From IMG/VR virus record IMGVR_UViG_3300020173_000001, positions 1 to 54,756 of that record: 54,756 nt of DNA; one strand, written 5' to 3'. The first letter of the stretch is position 1. The number at the start of each line of letters is the position of its first letter. Origin of the DNA: a virus. Taxonomy: Duplodnaviria; Caudoviricetes. The notes under the pieces were generated by a model, which was not told the origin of the DNA, searched no databases, and saw only the letters and a program-made list of their open reading frames with translations. The position numbers and the translations under genes are program-made. Positions 15,659 to 24,800 of the stretch are shown piece by piece.

Positions 15659-17562
15659 GTAACTACCTACCAACAGACTATCAATCATTTATCCATACAT
15701 CACGATATGCACGATGGCTTGAAGACGAAGGACGAAGGGAGTCTTGGGATGAAACAGTATCTCGTTATGTAGATAATATTGTTGGGCCAGTTATTAATGA
15801 TGACAACCCACATACTGCAGAAGAAATAGAACAAGCTATTCTTGGTCTAGAGGTTATGCCTTCTATGAGAGCTATGATGACCGCTGGTCCTGCTGCTAAT
15901 CGTGATAATACTTGTATGTATAACTGTAGTTACTTACCCGTAGATGACCCTAAGTCCTTCGATGAGGCTATGTTTGTCCTCTTGTGTGGTACTGGTGTCG
16001 GGTTCAGTGTTGAGAGGCAGTTCATCAGTAAGCTTCCAGAAATTCCTGAGTTGTTCGACAGTGAGACTACTGTTGTTGTTGGTGACTCCAAGGAAGCTTG
16101 GGCTAAGGGTCTTCGACAATTAATCGCACTCCTTTATAGTGGTGAGATTCCTAAGTGGGATGTATCTAAAGTTAGACCTGCTGGTGCTAAACTAAAGACG
16201 TTTGGTGGTAGAGCCTCTGGCCCAGCACCTTTAGTGGATCTATTTAACTTTGTAATTAATACTTTTAAATCTGCACAAGGACGTAAGCTATCTAGCATTG
16301 AGTGCCATGACATTATGTGTAAAATCGGTGAGGTAGTTGTAGTAGGTGGTGTACGTAGGTCAGCTATGATCTCTTTAAGTAATCTCAGTGATGATCGTAT
16401 GCGTCATGCTAAGTCAGGTGCATGGTGGGAGAATGATCCACAACGTGCCTTAGCTAATAACTCTGTGAGCTACACAGAGAAGCCAGATGCTGTATCCTTT
16501 ATGCGAGAGTGGATGGCATTAGTAGAATCAGGAAGTGGAGAACGTGGTGTATTCAATCGTCAAGCAAGTAAAGTCCAAGCTGCTAAAAATGGTAGACGTA
16601 ATCCAGACTACGAGTTCGGAACTAATCCTTGCAGTGAAATTATCCTTCGTCCATATCAGTTCTGTAATCTTACAGAGGTTGTTGTCCGTGCCACAGACAG
16701 TGTGGAGGATCTTGAACGAAAGGTCCGTCTGGCAACAATTTTGGGAACTGTCCAATCTACATACACTAAGTTCCCCTACTTGCGAAAGGTGTGGTCTAGA
16801 AATACAGAAGAAGAACGACTGCTTGGTGTGTCACTCACAGGGATAATGGACAACCCTTTGATGACTCTAAGTAACAAAGGATTGGAGAAGACTCTTGAAC
16901 ACCTTCGTGGGATTTGTGTATCTACTAATGCTGAATGGGCTGACCGTCTTGGTATACCTGTTGCTGCTGCAATTACATGCGTCAAGCCTTCGGGCACGGT
17001 CTCACAATTGGTGGATAGTGCCAGTGGCATACATGCTCGTCACAGTCCCTATTATATCCGTACTGTCCGTGGTGATAATAAAGATCCACTAACACAGTTT
17101 ATGATAGATCAAGGCATTCCCAGTGAGCCTTGTGTTATGAAGCCAGATCAAACAACAGTGTTTAGTTTCCCACAAAAATCACCTGTCAGTGCTGTCGTTA
17201 CAGAAGAAGTATCAGCCATTGAGCAGCTTGAAACTTGGTTGGCTTATCAACGTTCATGGTGCGAACATAAACCTAGCGTAACAATAAATGTACGTAAGGA
17301 TGAGTGGTTTGAAGTAGGTGCGTTTGTTTATAAACACTTTGATGAAATGTCGGGTGTGTCATTTCTACCATACAATGAGCATACCTATCAGCAAGCACCT
17401 TATCAAGAGGTTGACAGTAATACTTACAACAATGTACTATTGACTATGCCTAAATCTATTGATTGGTCAAAGCTTTCAGAGTACGAAAAAGAAGATAACA
17501 CGGTATCAATGCAAACAATGGCCTGTACAGGTGATGTTTGTGAAATGGTAGACATAACATAA
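15655..17562 (+). CDS. nrdJ: Class II (B12-dependent, monomeric type) ribonucleotide reductase
   Basis: GTNPCSEI, CNLTEV, TCVKPSGT, C-terminal CTGDVC; no nrdB partner seen. Confidence 0.93.
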   Translation: MSNYLPTDYQSFIHTSRYARWLEDEGRRESWDETVSRYVDNIVGPVINDDNPHTAEEIEQAILGLEVMPSMRAMMTAGPAANRDNTCMYNCSYLPVDDPKSFDEAMFVLLCGTGVGFSVERQFISKLPEIPELFDSETTVVVGDSKEAWAKGLRQLIALLYSGEIPKWDVSKVRPAGAKLKTFGGRASGPAPLVDLFNFVINTFKSAQGRKLSSIECHDIMCKIGEVVVVGGVRRSAMISLSNLSDDRMRHAKSGAWWENDPQRALANNSVSYTEKPDAVSFMREWMALVESGSGERGVFNRQASKVQAAKNGRRNPDYEFGTNPCSEIILRPYQFCNLTEVVVRATDSVEDLERKVRLATILGTVQSTYTKFPYLRKVWSRNTEEERLLGVSLTGIMDNPLMTLSNKGLEKTLEHLRGICVSTNAEWADRLGIPVAAAITCVKPSGTVSQLVDSASGIHARHSPYYIRTVRGDNKDPLTQFMIDQGIPSEPCVMKPDQTTVFSFPQKSPVSAVVTEEVSAIEQLETWLAYQRSWCEHKPSVTINVRKDEWFEVGAFVYKHFDEMSGVSFLPYNEHTYQQAPYQEVDSNTYNNVLLTMPKSIDWSKLSEYEKEDNTVSMQTMACTGDVCEMVDIT

Positions 17563-17572
17563 GGAGAAAAAT

Positions 17573-17665
17573 ATGTTTGAAGTTATAACAGCAATAGCAG
17601 GTGTAGTAGTGTTAGCAGACTTTGTTATCCCACTGGTAGTGGATACAGTCTCAGGTTTGTTCTAG
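17573..17665 (+). CDS. 30-aa hydrophobic peptide (not in ORF track)
   Basis: Strong TAAGGAG RBS; MFEVITAIAGVVVLADFVIPLVVDTVSGLF. Confidence 0.6.
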   Translation: MFEVITAIAGVVVLADFVIPLVVDTVSGLF

Positions 17666-17853
17666 TGTATGTTTTAGTACTCATCATGAGCTTTCAAGGT
17701 AACATGAAAGTTCAAGCTTTTCACTCACTATTTACTGATTACAATACATGTATGAAAGTAGCAATAGCAATGGAAGAAAGATTGGTGAGTACTAAACCAT
17801 CACCAGATGCGACTGCAAATACCTATTGCTTCGAAATACCAAAGAGTATATAA
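17665..17853 (+). CDS. Hypothetical protein
   Basis: 62-aa ORF, hydrophobic N-terminus, two Cys. Confidence 0.6.
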   Translation: MYVLVLIMSFQGNMKVQAFHSLFTDYNTCMKVAIAMEERLVSTKPSPDATANTYCFEIPKSI

Positions 17854-17881
17854 TTTAAATCTCACTACAAAGGAGTACATC

Positions 17882-18337
17882 ATGGATGTATATGTAAGAC
17901 CTTTCAGAAAAAAAGTCTATGACAAAGTTGACACACCATCTAAAGAAGCACTTATCAAGTACTTAGAAGCTGAAGGTCACACTATCCTTAGCTCTACTGA
18001 AGATTACTATGCAGATGTTAAGTCAGAAAAAGATGGGGTTACTTACTACCATGAAGCTGAACGTAAGGCACAATGGAATGGTGATTGGCCTACCCATTGG
18101 GCAGAGGTTAGAATACCCGGACGTAAACGAAGACTAGTAGAAAAGTATAAAGATAATTTAAACAACTTGAATTTCTTTGTATTCAATAGGAGTTATAATA
18201 AAGCATGGAAAATTAATGGTACTCAAATGACAGATGCTTGCATTCAAAAACCAAAAGGTCCAAACTATAGAATGCCAGAGCATGAAACATTCTATCATAT
18301 CCCTTACACAGAAGCAGAGCTAGTGGAAATCAAATGA
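17882..18337 (+). CDS. PD-(D/E)XK restriction-endonuclease-like protein
   Basis: AAGGAG RBS before ATG 17882; YADVKS...YHEAERK. Confidence 0.55.
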   Translation: MDVYVRPFRKKVYDKVDTPSKEALIKYLEAEGHTILSSTEDYYADVKSEKDGVTYYHEAERKAQWNGDWPTHWAEVRIPGRKRRLVEKYKDNLNNLNFFVFNRSYNKAWKINGTQMTDACIQKPKGPNYRMPEHETFYHIPYTEAELVEIK

Positions 18338-18567
18338 GTAATGATCCAGTAAACAATCCAGCGCATTATAAGTTAGGCAATGGAGTGGAGTGTATTGATT
18401 ACATCAAACAGGTTTTAACACCAGAAGAGTTTAAAGGTTACTGTCATGGTAACTTAATTAAATATCAACATCGACATGGATATAAAGGTAATCCTGTTGA
18501 GGATATGGAAAAAGCTGAATGGTACTTACGAAAAATGTTGGAAACTATGAAGGAGATTCATAAATGA
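18334..18567 (+). CDS. DUF3310 (T7 gp1.7-like nucleotide kinase family)
   Basis: DPVNNPAHY..ECIDYI..GNLIKY..KG..EDMEKAEWYL. Confidence 0.88.
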   Translation: MSNDPVNNPAHYKLGNGVECIDYIKQVLTPEEFKGYCHGNLIKYQHRHGYKGNPVEDMEKAEWYLRKMLETMKEIHK

Positions 18568-18740
18568 AACCGTATGATGAAGGTATGAGAGCTTTTAAAA
18601 CTGGTAAGTTGGGTAATCCTTACTCTAAAAATACAAAACAAAACAGGGATTGGGAGATGGGCTTTAATAAAGCCTATTTCTATAACCTTGAAAAGGTAAA
18701 ACTAAATGAGCAGAAAATTAAAACTAGAAGAGGAAGCTAA
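18564..18740 (+). CDS. 58-aa ribosome-modulation-factor (Rmf/CrpP fold)-like protein (not in ORF track)
   Basis: AAGGAG RBS; YDEGMRAFKTG...NPY......RDWEMGFNKA matches the RMF pattern G..A...G..CPY...W..GW. Confidence 0.6.
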   Translation: MKPYDEGMRAFKTGKLGNPYSKNTKQNRDWEMGFNKAYFYNLEKVKLNEQKIKTRRGS

Positions 18741-18924
18741 AAAATACAGACAACAAAATAGAAAACCGCCAACTAAAACCAAGCCACTAACTGCACGTAG
18801 ATTTATGGCTGGTCAAGCAATGGCGGCATTGTTGTCTAGATCTCCGGGTCATGTACATAAAGCTGATATAAAACGTGAAGCATATGATTGGGCAGACTAT
18901 ATGCTAGACGATGATGTAGAATAG
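18706..18924 (+). CDS. Conserved phage hypothetical protein
   Basis: LTARRFMAGQAMAALL...AYDWADYML (LRDYFAAQAM...AY.IADAML-like family). Confidence 0.7.
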   Translation: MSRKLKLEEEAKKYRQQNRKPPTKTKPLTARRFMAGQAMAALLSRSPGHVHKADIKREAYDWADYMLDDDVE

Positions 18925-18925
18925 A

Positions 18926-18950
18926 TAAAGGGGGCTTTTGCCCCCTTATT
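18926..18950. terminator. Bidirectional terminator between the convergent arms
   Basis: aagggggc-tttt-gccccctt with A/T flanks between two stop codons. Confidence 0.85.
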
Positions 18951-21900
18951 TATTCTGTCATCTTTTGGAATCTTGATAGATCTCTTAGTGACTTTTCAGT
19001 ATTTAAATACTGTTGTAAAATAAATAACTCGTTTTGTTCTAAGTCTTCTACTTCACCTAAGCCTAATTCTTTTACTGCCTTTTGAATACCCTTCTTAGGA
19101 TACTTAGATGTTATGTCGTATTGCAGTGAAATCACTTCTTCAGGACCAGAGTACTGCATTCTTAAAAATGTTTTAGCTAAATCTTTTACTCTTGGTACAA
19201 CATCACCATTCCAATGATCTAGTTTTTGTTGTTGAGTTAATTTATTAAACCAATTACTTTCTAATAGTAGGCTAGACTCAGCTTCCATAATATCAAACAC
19301 AATACCATTAAGAGCATTAGCTGCTTTAGGTGCTTGATCTCTTATCTTCTTAGCAGTATTTAAATCAAAATCTCTAAGACCCATTTTATTCATCACACGT
19401 TGTGTGTCAGTAAGTCTAATGATTCTAGCACCTAATACTTTAGTTGATTGTATATCAGCCCTACCACCTGCTGCAGTCTCTCTAGGATCTGCTAGTGGTT
19501 TACCTGTAAACAGAGGAATGATATTATCTACATAACGAAATGCATTATTAATTAATTTATTATTTTGAACCCTGTCAATTGGTGCTGCATTTTCACCTCT
19601 TGCAACACCAGCTAAAATATTCAATGGTTCTAGCGGCCTGATCAAAGGATTAACATATTGAGTTGCTAATGTAGTGCCAACTATTTCCATACCTTTAACT
19701 ACATCTCTTCTTTCAGGATCAGCCATAAATTTAATAGCTTCTAATGTATCACGTTGTGTTTTATCTAAGTTTCTAAGTAACCCTGAAAGTCCAAAATCTT
19801 GAGTAAACTGACCAAAAGCTTTTATTGCTTGCTGGTATTCACCCATTAAACTAAGTGCCATTATTCTTGCTGCACCTTTGTATGCTGAAACAGGGAAGTC
19901 ATATTGTTGACTAAAGACCTCACCTGTTAAAGGATCTTGAGCCGCATACATAGGCAAACCCTGCTTTACATTTTCTATCTCTTGTTGTGCTAGTGTGTAA
20001 ATAATACCAGCACTAACTAATGACCTAGATATAGCTTCTTCGTAAGACATATCTTCATACTTACCTGCAGCTTTTAAAATAACGTTTACACCTGTAGTGT
20101 TTTTACCTAAAAAACCTATAGTGTTATTAAAGAATCTTCCAAAAGGAACTATCATACCAAGACCCGGCATATTTCTAGCGTCCTCTAACATACCAGCAAG
20201 TTTACCTATGCCATCACTAGACTTGTAAGACTTAGAAAATATAGCTTCTATTGTATCATCAACAGCACTAGTTTCTATATCACGATATTCTTTTGAGGCC
20301 ATAAATTTTTGAAGTGTCATGTCTCCAATATTTTGTGACCGATAAAAATCATTCCAACCTTTACCTGTAGCAATCCTAAGTTTTTTATCCATTTGAAATA
20401 AAAACTCTTGCGATTTAGTAAATGCATCTTGTGCTTGTACTAAAGATAGTCTTTGAATTAAGTCAATTTTTTCATCGATAGCTAATCCAACAAGTTTTTG
20501 ATCTGGGGTAAATTTGCCACCAGTTAAAAGTTGATTAGTGTTTTCTACACCACCGGGAAGTACGCTGTTTAATTTTTCCAATGCCTCAGAATTTCTTTGC
20601 AGCGCTGATTCAAAAGCAGTGTAAGTCATGTCAGCATCTAATAAAAATCTTACTCTTTGGGCATTGGATTCAATAAGTGCTTTAGCTATTCTTTGTGTAT
20701 TAGCACCTTCTTCTGTCATTCCTATAAGCTTTTGCAGAGTACCTTTACCTGCATAAATTAATGCTACAGACATATCTGATGCACTTTGTAATGCGGAGTT
20801 CGCACCCCAACCAATTACATTTAAAGCACTGGTAGAAGGGTGTGAAACTAATAATCTTATTAATCTATTTTGAACTTTAGCAGTACCTTCCATAAACTTA
20901 CTAGGTTCTTTAGGTTTCTTTTTAGTGTCCTTTACAAACCCACCATCTAAAGCAGAGTCATACAAATCTTTAAGTTGTTTATCACTAATAGACATACCTA
21001 GTTGTCTAGCTGAGTTACCTGCTGCACCAAGTGCAGTACCTGCTTGAGATATTTTATACGCAAAAATGTCACCTATATCACGACCAGTAACCTTAGATCT
21101 AGGTATTACTTTTCCATCTTCACCTTTAACTTTAATTTTATTACCAGTTGCTTTTTCTATAGAACGTAATAGTCCTTGAGCTTCTTTATCACTTACTTCA
21201 GCAATTAGGTCTGCCATCCAGTTACTAAACTTATCATCTTCAAATCGTTTAGCCCATACGAATCCACGTTCATATGCAACCTGAGTCATACCTTTTAATA
21301 TAACATTGCCTTCTTTATCAGCATGACCAAACAATAAGTTTTGTACAAACTCTACACCAAAATCTTTACTATCTTTAGATAGTACTGCACCACCTTTTAA
21401 TTTTGTTTTCCAATCTCTACCAACATTAACTTTATCTTGATTTACATATGCACCTATAGTTTCAGAAACCTCAGAAACAAAACCCTCAGTTTTTGGTTCA
21501 GGCATTACTATACTAGGCAGTGCTGTATCTGACACACCCCTTCTAGCAACTAATCCTGCTTGCAATCCACCAAGAAGAATACCACCAAGTGCAGCAACAC
21601 CTACTGATAAATAACTAATATCTTCTTGTGCTTCTACATCTACCATACCCTCTTGATACAGGTACTCCATACCTGAGCCAACCATAGCATCAACACTAGT
21701 TACAACACCTATCTCTGTAATAGCTGCCTTAGTAGCTAGTCTTTGTGCTGCAGTTTTACCTAATACATTCTGTGAGTATGCAGCTATCTTAGTTTTAGAT
21801 CCAGTACGAGCAGCTTTTACTCCATCAGTAAATACTTTAGTACCTACTTTTTTAGCAGCTTCTTCTGTACCTTCTTTTTTCATTGCCTCAAGAGCAACCC

Positions 21901-22465
21901 TTTGTGCTCCTTTAGTTCCTACACGAAGAGATCCACCAGCAACAGCTTTACCAATTAAACCACCAACAAGGTTTACTGGATCAAGTACTACACTTCTACT
22001 AAAGTCCATTAGTCCTTCAGCTTTTTCAGCAATAGATGTTTCTTTACTAAAAATACCAGCCATATTCTCATACAACTGGTACGCTTTGGCAGCCCTAGCC
22101 TTTTTATCTGCATCATCTTTTATGTCGTTAATGTAGTCCATCTCAGCTAAACCCCTTACGGAGTTTCCTGATACTACACCTCTACGATTATTTAAAAAAC
22201 TATCAACAACAGATTCTTTGGTTTCATCTTTTATAGATTCATCACCATATCTGTCACGCATATACCCCTCTACAATAGAGTAGGCATAGTCATTTTCTAC
22301 TATATCATCTTGAGTATATGTGCCAGCTTCTGGTAGTGCAGGAGAAGAATCTACTTTAATATCTTCTGTTATATATTTATCAAAGTAGTTTTCACGATCT
22401 TTTTTTTCTTCTTCTTCAGTATCTACAGGCTCTGTTTCAAGATACTTATCAAAGTAATTTGTCAT
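18950..22465 (-). CDS. Large internal virion/ejection protein
   Basis: 1171 aa, helical and Ala/Gly-rich, last gene of the structural arm. Confidence 0.7.
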   Translation of the reverse strand: MTNYFDKYLETEPVDTEEEEKKDRENYFDKYITEDIKVDSSPALPEAGTYTQDDIVENDYAYSIVEGYMRDRYGDESIKDETKESVVDSFLNNRRGVVSGNSVRGLAEMDYINDIKDDADKKARAAKAYQLYENMAGIFSKETSIAEKAEGLMDFSRSVVLDPVNLVGGLIGKAVAGGSLRVGTKGAQRVALEAMKKEGTEEAAKKVGTKVFTDGVKAARTGSKTKIAAYSQNVLGKTAAQRLATKAAITEIGVVTSVDAMVGSGMEYLYQEGMVDVEAQEDISYLSVGVAALGGILLGGLQAGLVARRGVSDTALPSIVMPEPKTEGFVSEVSETIGAYVNQDKVNVGRDWKTKLKGGAVLSKDSKDFGVEFVQNLLFGHADKEGNVILKGMTQVAYERGFVWAKRFEDDKFSNWMADLIAEVSDKEAQGLLRSIEKATGNKIKVKGEDGKVIPRSKVTGRDIGDIFAYKISQAGTALGAAGNSARQLGMSISDKQLKDLYDSALDGGFVKDTKKKPKEPSKFMEGTAKVQNRLIRLLVSHPSTSALNVIGWGANSALQSASDMSVALIYAGKGTLQKLIGMTEEGANTQRIAKALIESNAQRVRFLLDADMTYTAFESALQRNSEALEKLNSVLPGGVENTNQLLTGGKFTPDQKLVGLAIDEKIDLIQRLSLVQAQDAFTKSQEFLFQMDKKLRIATGKGWNDFYRSQNIGDMTLQKFMASKEYRDIETSAVDDTIEAIFSKSYKSSDGIGKLAGMLEDARNMPGLGMIVPFGRFFNNTIGFLGKNTTGVNVILKAAGKYEDMSYEEAISRSLVSAGIIYTLAQQEIENVKQGLPMYAAQDPLTGEVFSQQYDFPVSAYKGAARIMALSLMGEYQQAIKAFGQFTQDFGLSGLLRNLDKTQRDTLEAIKFMADPERRDVVKGMEIVGTTLATQYVNPLIRPLEPLNILAGVARGENAAPIDRVQNNKLINNAFRYVDNIIPLFTGKPLADPRETAAGGRADIQSTKVLGARIIRLTDTQRVMNKMGLRDFDLNTAKKIRDQAPKAANALNGIVFDIMEAESSLLLESNWFNKLTQQQKLDHWNGDVVPRVKDLAKTFLRMQYSGPEEVISLQYDITSKYPKKGIQKAVKELGLGEVEDLEQNELFILQQYLNTEKSLRDLSRFQKMTE

Positions 22466-23478
22466 TATCGCTCTCGTGTTCTTTGTCTTATATATTCTTC
22501 TGCTGAAGTCCCTAAGTGACCGAAGACATCATTAAAGTCTTTTATAAATTGTGGGTTAGTTCTATTTTGAATTAAATCATTTATAGCTTCTTCAGGCACT
22601 GAGGTTGCTTTTGGTTTTGGTGCAGGTGTTTCAGTAGGTTCTGATCCAGCTTTCAACGAAGGTGGTAAGTAATAGTTTTTCTCCCAACCTTTAAACGCTT
22701 CAGGGTGATTCTCTAAAAAGTCTTCTTTAAAGTTTTCAGGAGTTAAGTATACTTCCATTAGTATATCTCTACCAACCTGAATAGAATCTTTATTACCAGT
22801 ATTGATTAAATTAATAGCTCTTTGTGTATCAACAACCTGTTGGTTGGTAGTATCGTAGTTCTTATCTTTAACAAACTGTTTAGCATTTCTTAATAGATTA
22901 CCAGAAACAATACCTAACTGTCTTTCAAAAAGTTCTTCTTGAGTTTTTGGTATAACCCTAGCTTCAGGTTTAACATCAGTAAGAATTGTACGACCCGGAG
23001 TAGTAGTAATATTAGTTAGCTGTGTAGCTAGTTCATAGTATTTACTTTTATCAGAAAGATCAGCACCAGTAATTAAACTCATGTAATCTATCTTTTCTTC
23101 TTCAGGGATATTAGATTGAACAATATTCATCATTGATCTGACATCTGATAGTGGAATAGGTGTTCCTGTAACATCAACATTAGTATCTAAGAAGTTAAGA
23201 ACCTCTTCTGCAGCAAATGGATCATCAATAATATTATTAAAGAAAGCTACATCTTCTTCACTAAGATCTGCACCACTAACTCTTTTTTGCAGTTTCATTG
23301 CAGACTGTGCAGCAGTAGTGTACTTGTCACTAGTTCTAGCTGTTGTTTGTTTTTCTAATTTAGTAAGATATAAACCTAGTAGACTTTTTTCACGTTCATC
23401 CTCTAGTTCTTTTTCTTTTAGTCTTTTAGCTTGTATTTTATCCATGCCACTTAAAGCACCTGCCCAACTCCATCCCAT
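22465..23478 (-). CDS. Internal virion protein
   Basis: 337 aa, MGWSWAGALSG N-terminus, position. Confidence 0.65.
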   Translation of the reverse strand: MGWSWAGALSGMDKIQAKRLKEKELEDEREKSLLGLYLTKLEKQTTARTSDKYTTAAQSAMKLQKRVSGADLSEEDVAFFNNIIDDPFAAEEVLNFLDTNVDVTGTPIPLSDVRSMMNIVQSNIPEEEKIDYMSLITGADLSDKSKYYELATQLTNITTTPGRTILTDVKPEARVIPKTQEELFERQLGIVSGNLLRNAKQFVKDKNYDTTNQQVVDTQRAINLINTGNKDSIQVGRDILMEVYLTPENFKEDFLENHPEAFKGWEKNYYLPPSLKAGSEPTETPAPKPKATSVPEEAINDLIQNRTNPQFIKDFNDVFGHLGTSAEEYIRQRTRER

Positions 23479-24024
23479 CTATTGTCTCCTTGCCATCAAG
23501 CCTTGAGGGGCTGGTTGCTCAACCTCTGCTTTTGGTTCTTCCATCATAGGTTCTTCTTCAGTTTTTTCTGGAGCAACATCACTTGAAATTTTTTCAGGAA
23601 ACTCTCCAGTTTCTTCACGAAGTTTATTTAACATATCTCTAGCACGAGAACGGTCTCTTTCGTAGGTAAGAGCTTTCTTAGTTTCTTCGTTATCAAACCC
23701 TTCGTCAAACTCTACATCAGCTTCAAGAGCTAAACCTTTAATATACTCATGTAGTACTGGTGCAATAATAAGACTTACATCTATACTGTGTAAGCCCTCC
23801 ATAACAGCACTCCTAAGAACACCTTCAACTAAAGCAGTAAGTGTTAAACCTTGTTCAAGAAAATAAAAAGCATCTTCTAATGCTTCTGTTCTAGTTATAT
23901 TTTCAATATGCAGATCTAAAGCCTCAATAGGATCAACTATTTTAGGTGGTCTTTCAAAAGGTAAACCTTTAGGTTCTGTAGTAAGTGATTGACCGGGAAT
24001 AGGTGCTGCGAATATAATACTCAT
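23479..24024 (-). CDS. Conserved virion-module protein
   Basis: FAAPIPGQSLT..P...PFERPP start, GLMARR end. Confidence 0.65.
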   Translation of the reverse strand: MSIIFAAPIPGQSLTTEPKGLPFERPPKIVDPIEALDLHIENITRTEALEDAFYFLEQGLTLTALVEGVLRSAVMEGLHSIDVSLIIAPVLHEYIKGLALEADVEFDEGFDNEETKKALTYERDRSRARDMLNKLREETGEFPEKISSDVAPEKTEEEPMMEEPKAEVEQPAPQGLMARRQ

Positions 24025-24788
24025 TAGTTACCCTCATTAAATAGTTCGTATTCTTTTTGTCTTCTTTTAACTAAACCGGGAAGTTTCTTTTTACCAGCGT
24101 ATACGTACTCAAGAAGCATGTCACCTATTTCATCAATACCTCTAGTTCCATTGTCCGATAATTTATTTAAGTTCCCTTTACCTGCATTGTATCTAAAAGA
24201 CATCAGTGCTTTAAATTGAGAGTCAGTAAACTTTTCATCATAACCTTTTTCTAATTCTCTTACATCTTTTTCAACAATTTTTAATTCGTCATTAAGACGT
24301 TCAAGAGCTTCTTCTTCTGTTATAGTTTCATTCTCACTCTTAGCTTTAGTTCCATAGCCAATAGTATATTGCTTAACATCCCAATAAGCTTTTTCTTTAA
24401 AACCTTCTATGTCTTTAATAAAGTCAACAATATTTGTACCTTTACTTGGTCTAGACATTAAACTATCAGATGAAGATACAACATCTTTTGTTTGAGAAGT
24501 ATCTTTAGTTAAGTCTTTTTGTTTATTTATTTTAGCTATCATTGCCTCCCTAGCTGTAGAGGCATTGTCGCTATACTTTTTATATTGTTTAAATCTAGCT
24601 GCCAACTCTGGTGCAGGGTTTAAACCTAAAGAAGGATCATCTATATCTAAAGAACTAGCTTCAGTAACCATATTTTTTCTTGCGGCTAAACCAGACTTCT
24701 GTATTCTATCACTAGATAGAGAAGGTAAAAGCTCTGGATTGTCCATAAGTTTAGACATATCAGCATAAGATTTAGAATACATACTCAT
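24024..24788 (-). CDS. Virion-associated GH24 (T4-type) lysozyme
   Basis: IKDIEGFKEKAYWD..YTIGYG, ALMSFRYNAG, LPGLVKRRQKE. Confidence 0.88.
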   Translation of the reverse strand: MSMYSKSYADMSKLMDNPELLPSLSSDRIQKSGLAARKNMVTEASSLDIDDPSLGLNPAPELAARFKQYKKYSDNASTAREAMIAKINKQKDLTKDTSQTKDVVSSSDSLMSRPSKGTNIVDFIKDIEGFKEKAYWDVKQYTIGYGTKAKSENETITEEEALERLNDELKIVEKDVRELEKGYDEKFTDSQFKALMSFRYNAGKGNLNKLSDNGTRGIDEIGDMLLEYVYAGKKKLPGLVKRRQKEYELFNEGN

Positions 24789-24800
24789 TTATTTTTCCTA

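Noticed and set aside
11025-17562. Intron, intein or DnaJ-type insertion in polymerase or RNR
   Set aside because: Both ORFs are continuous and of compact length, with no CxxCxGxG repeats or intein motifs
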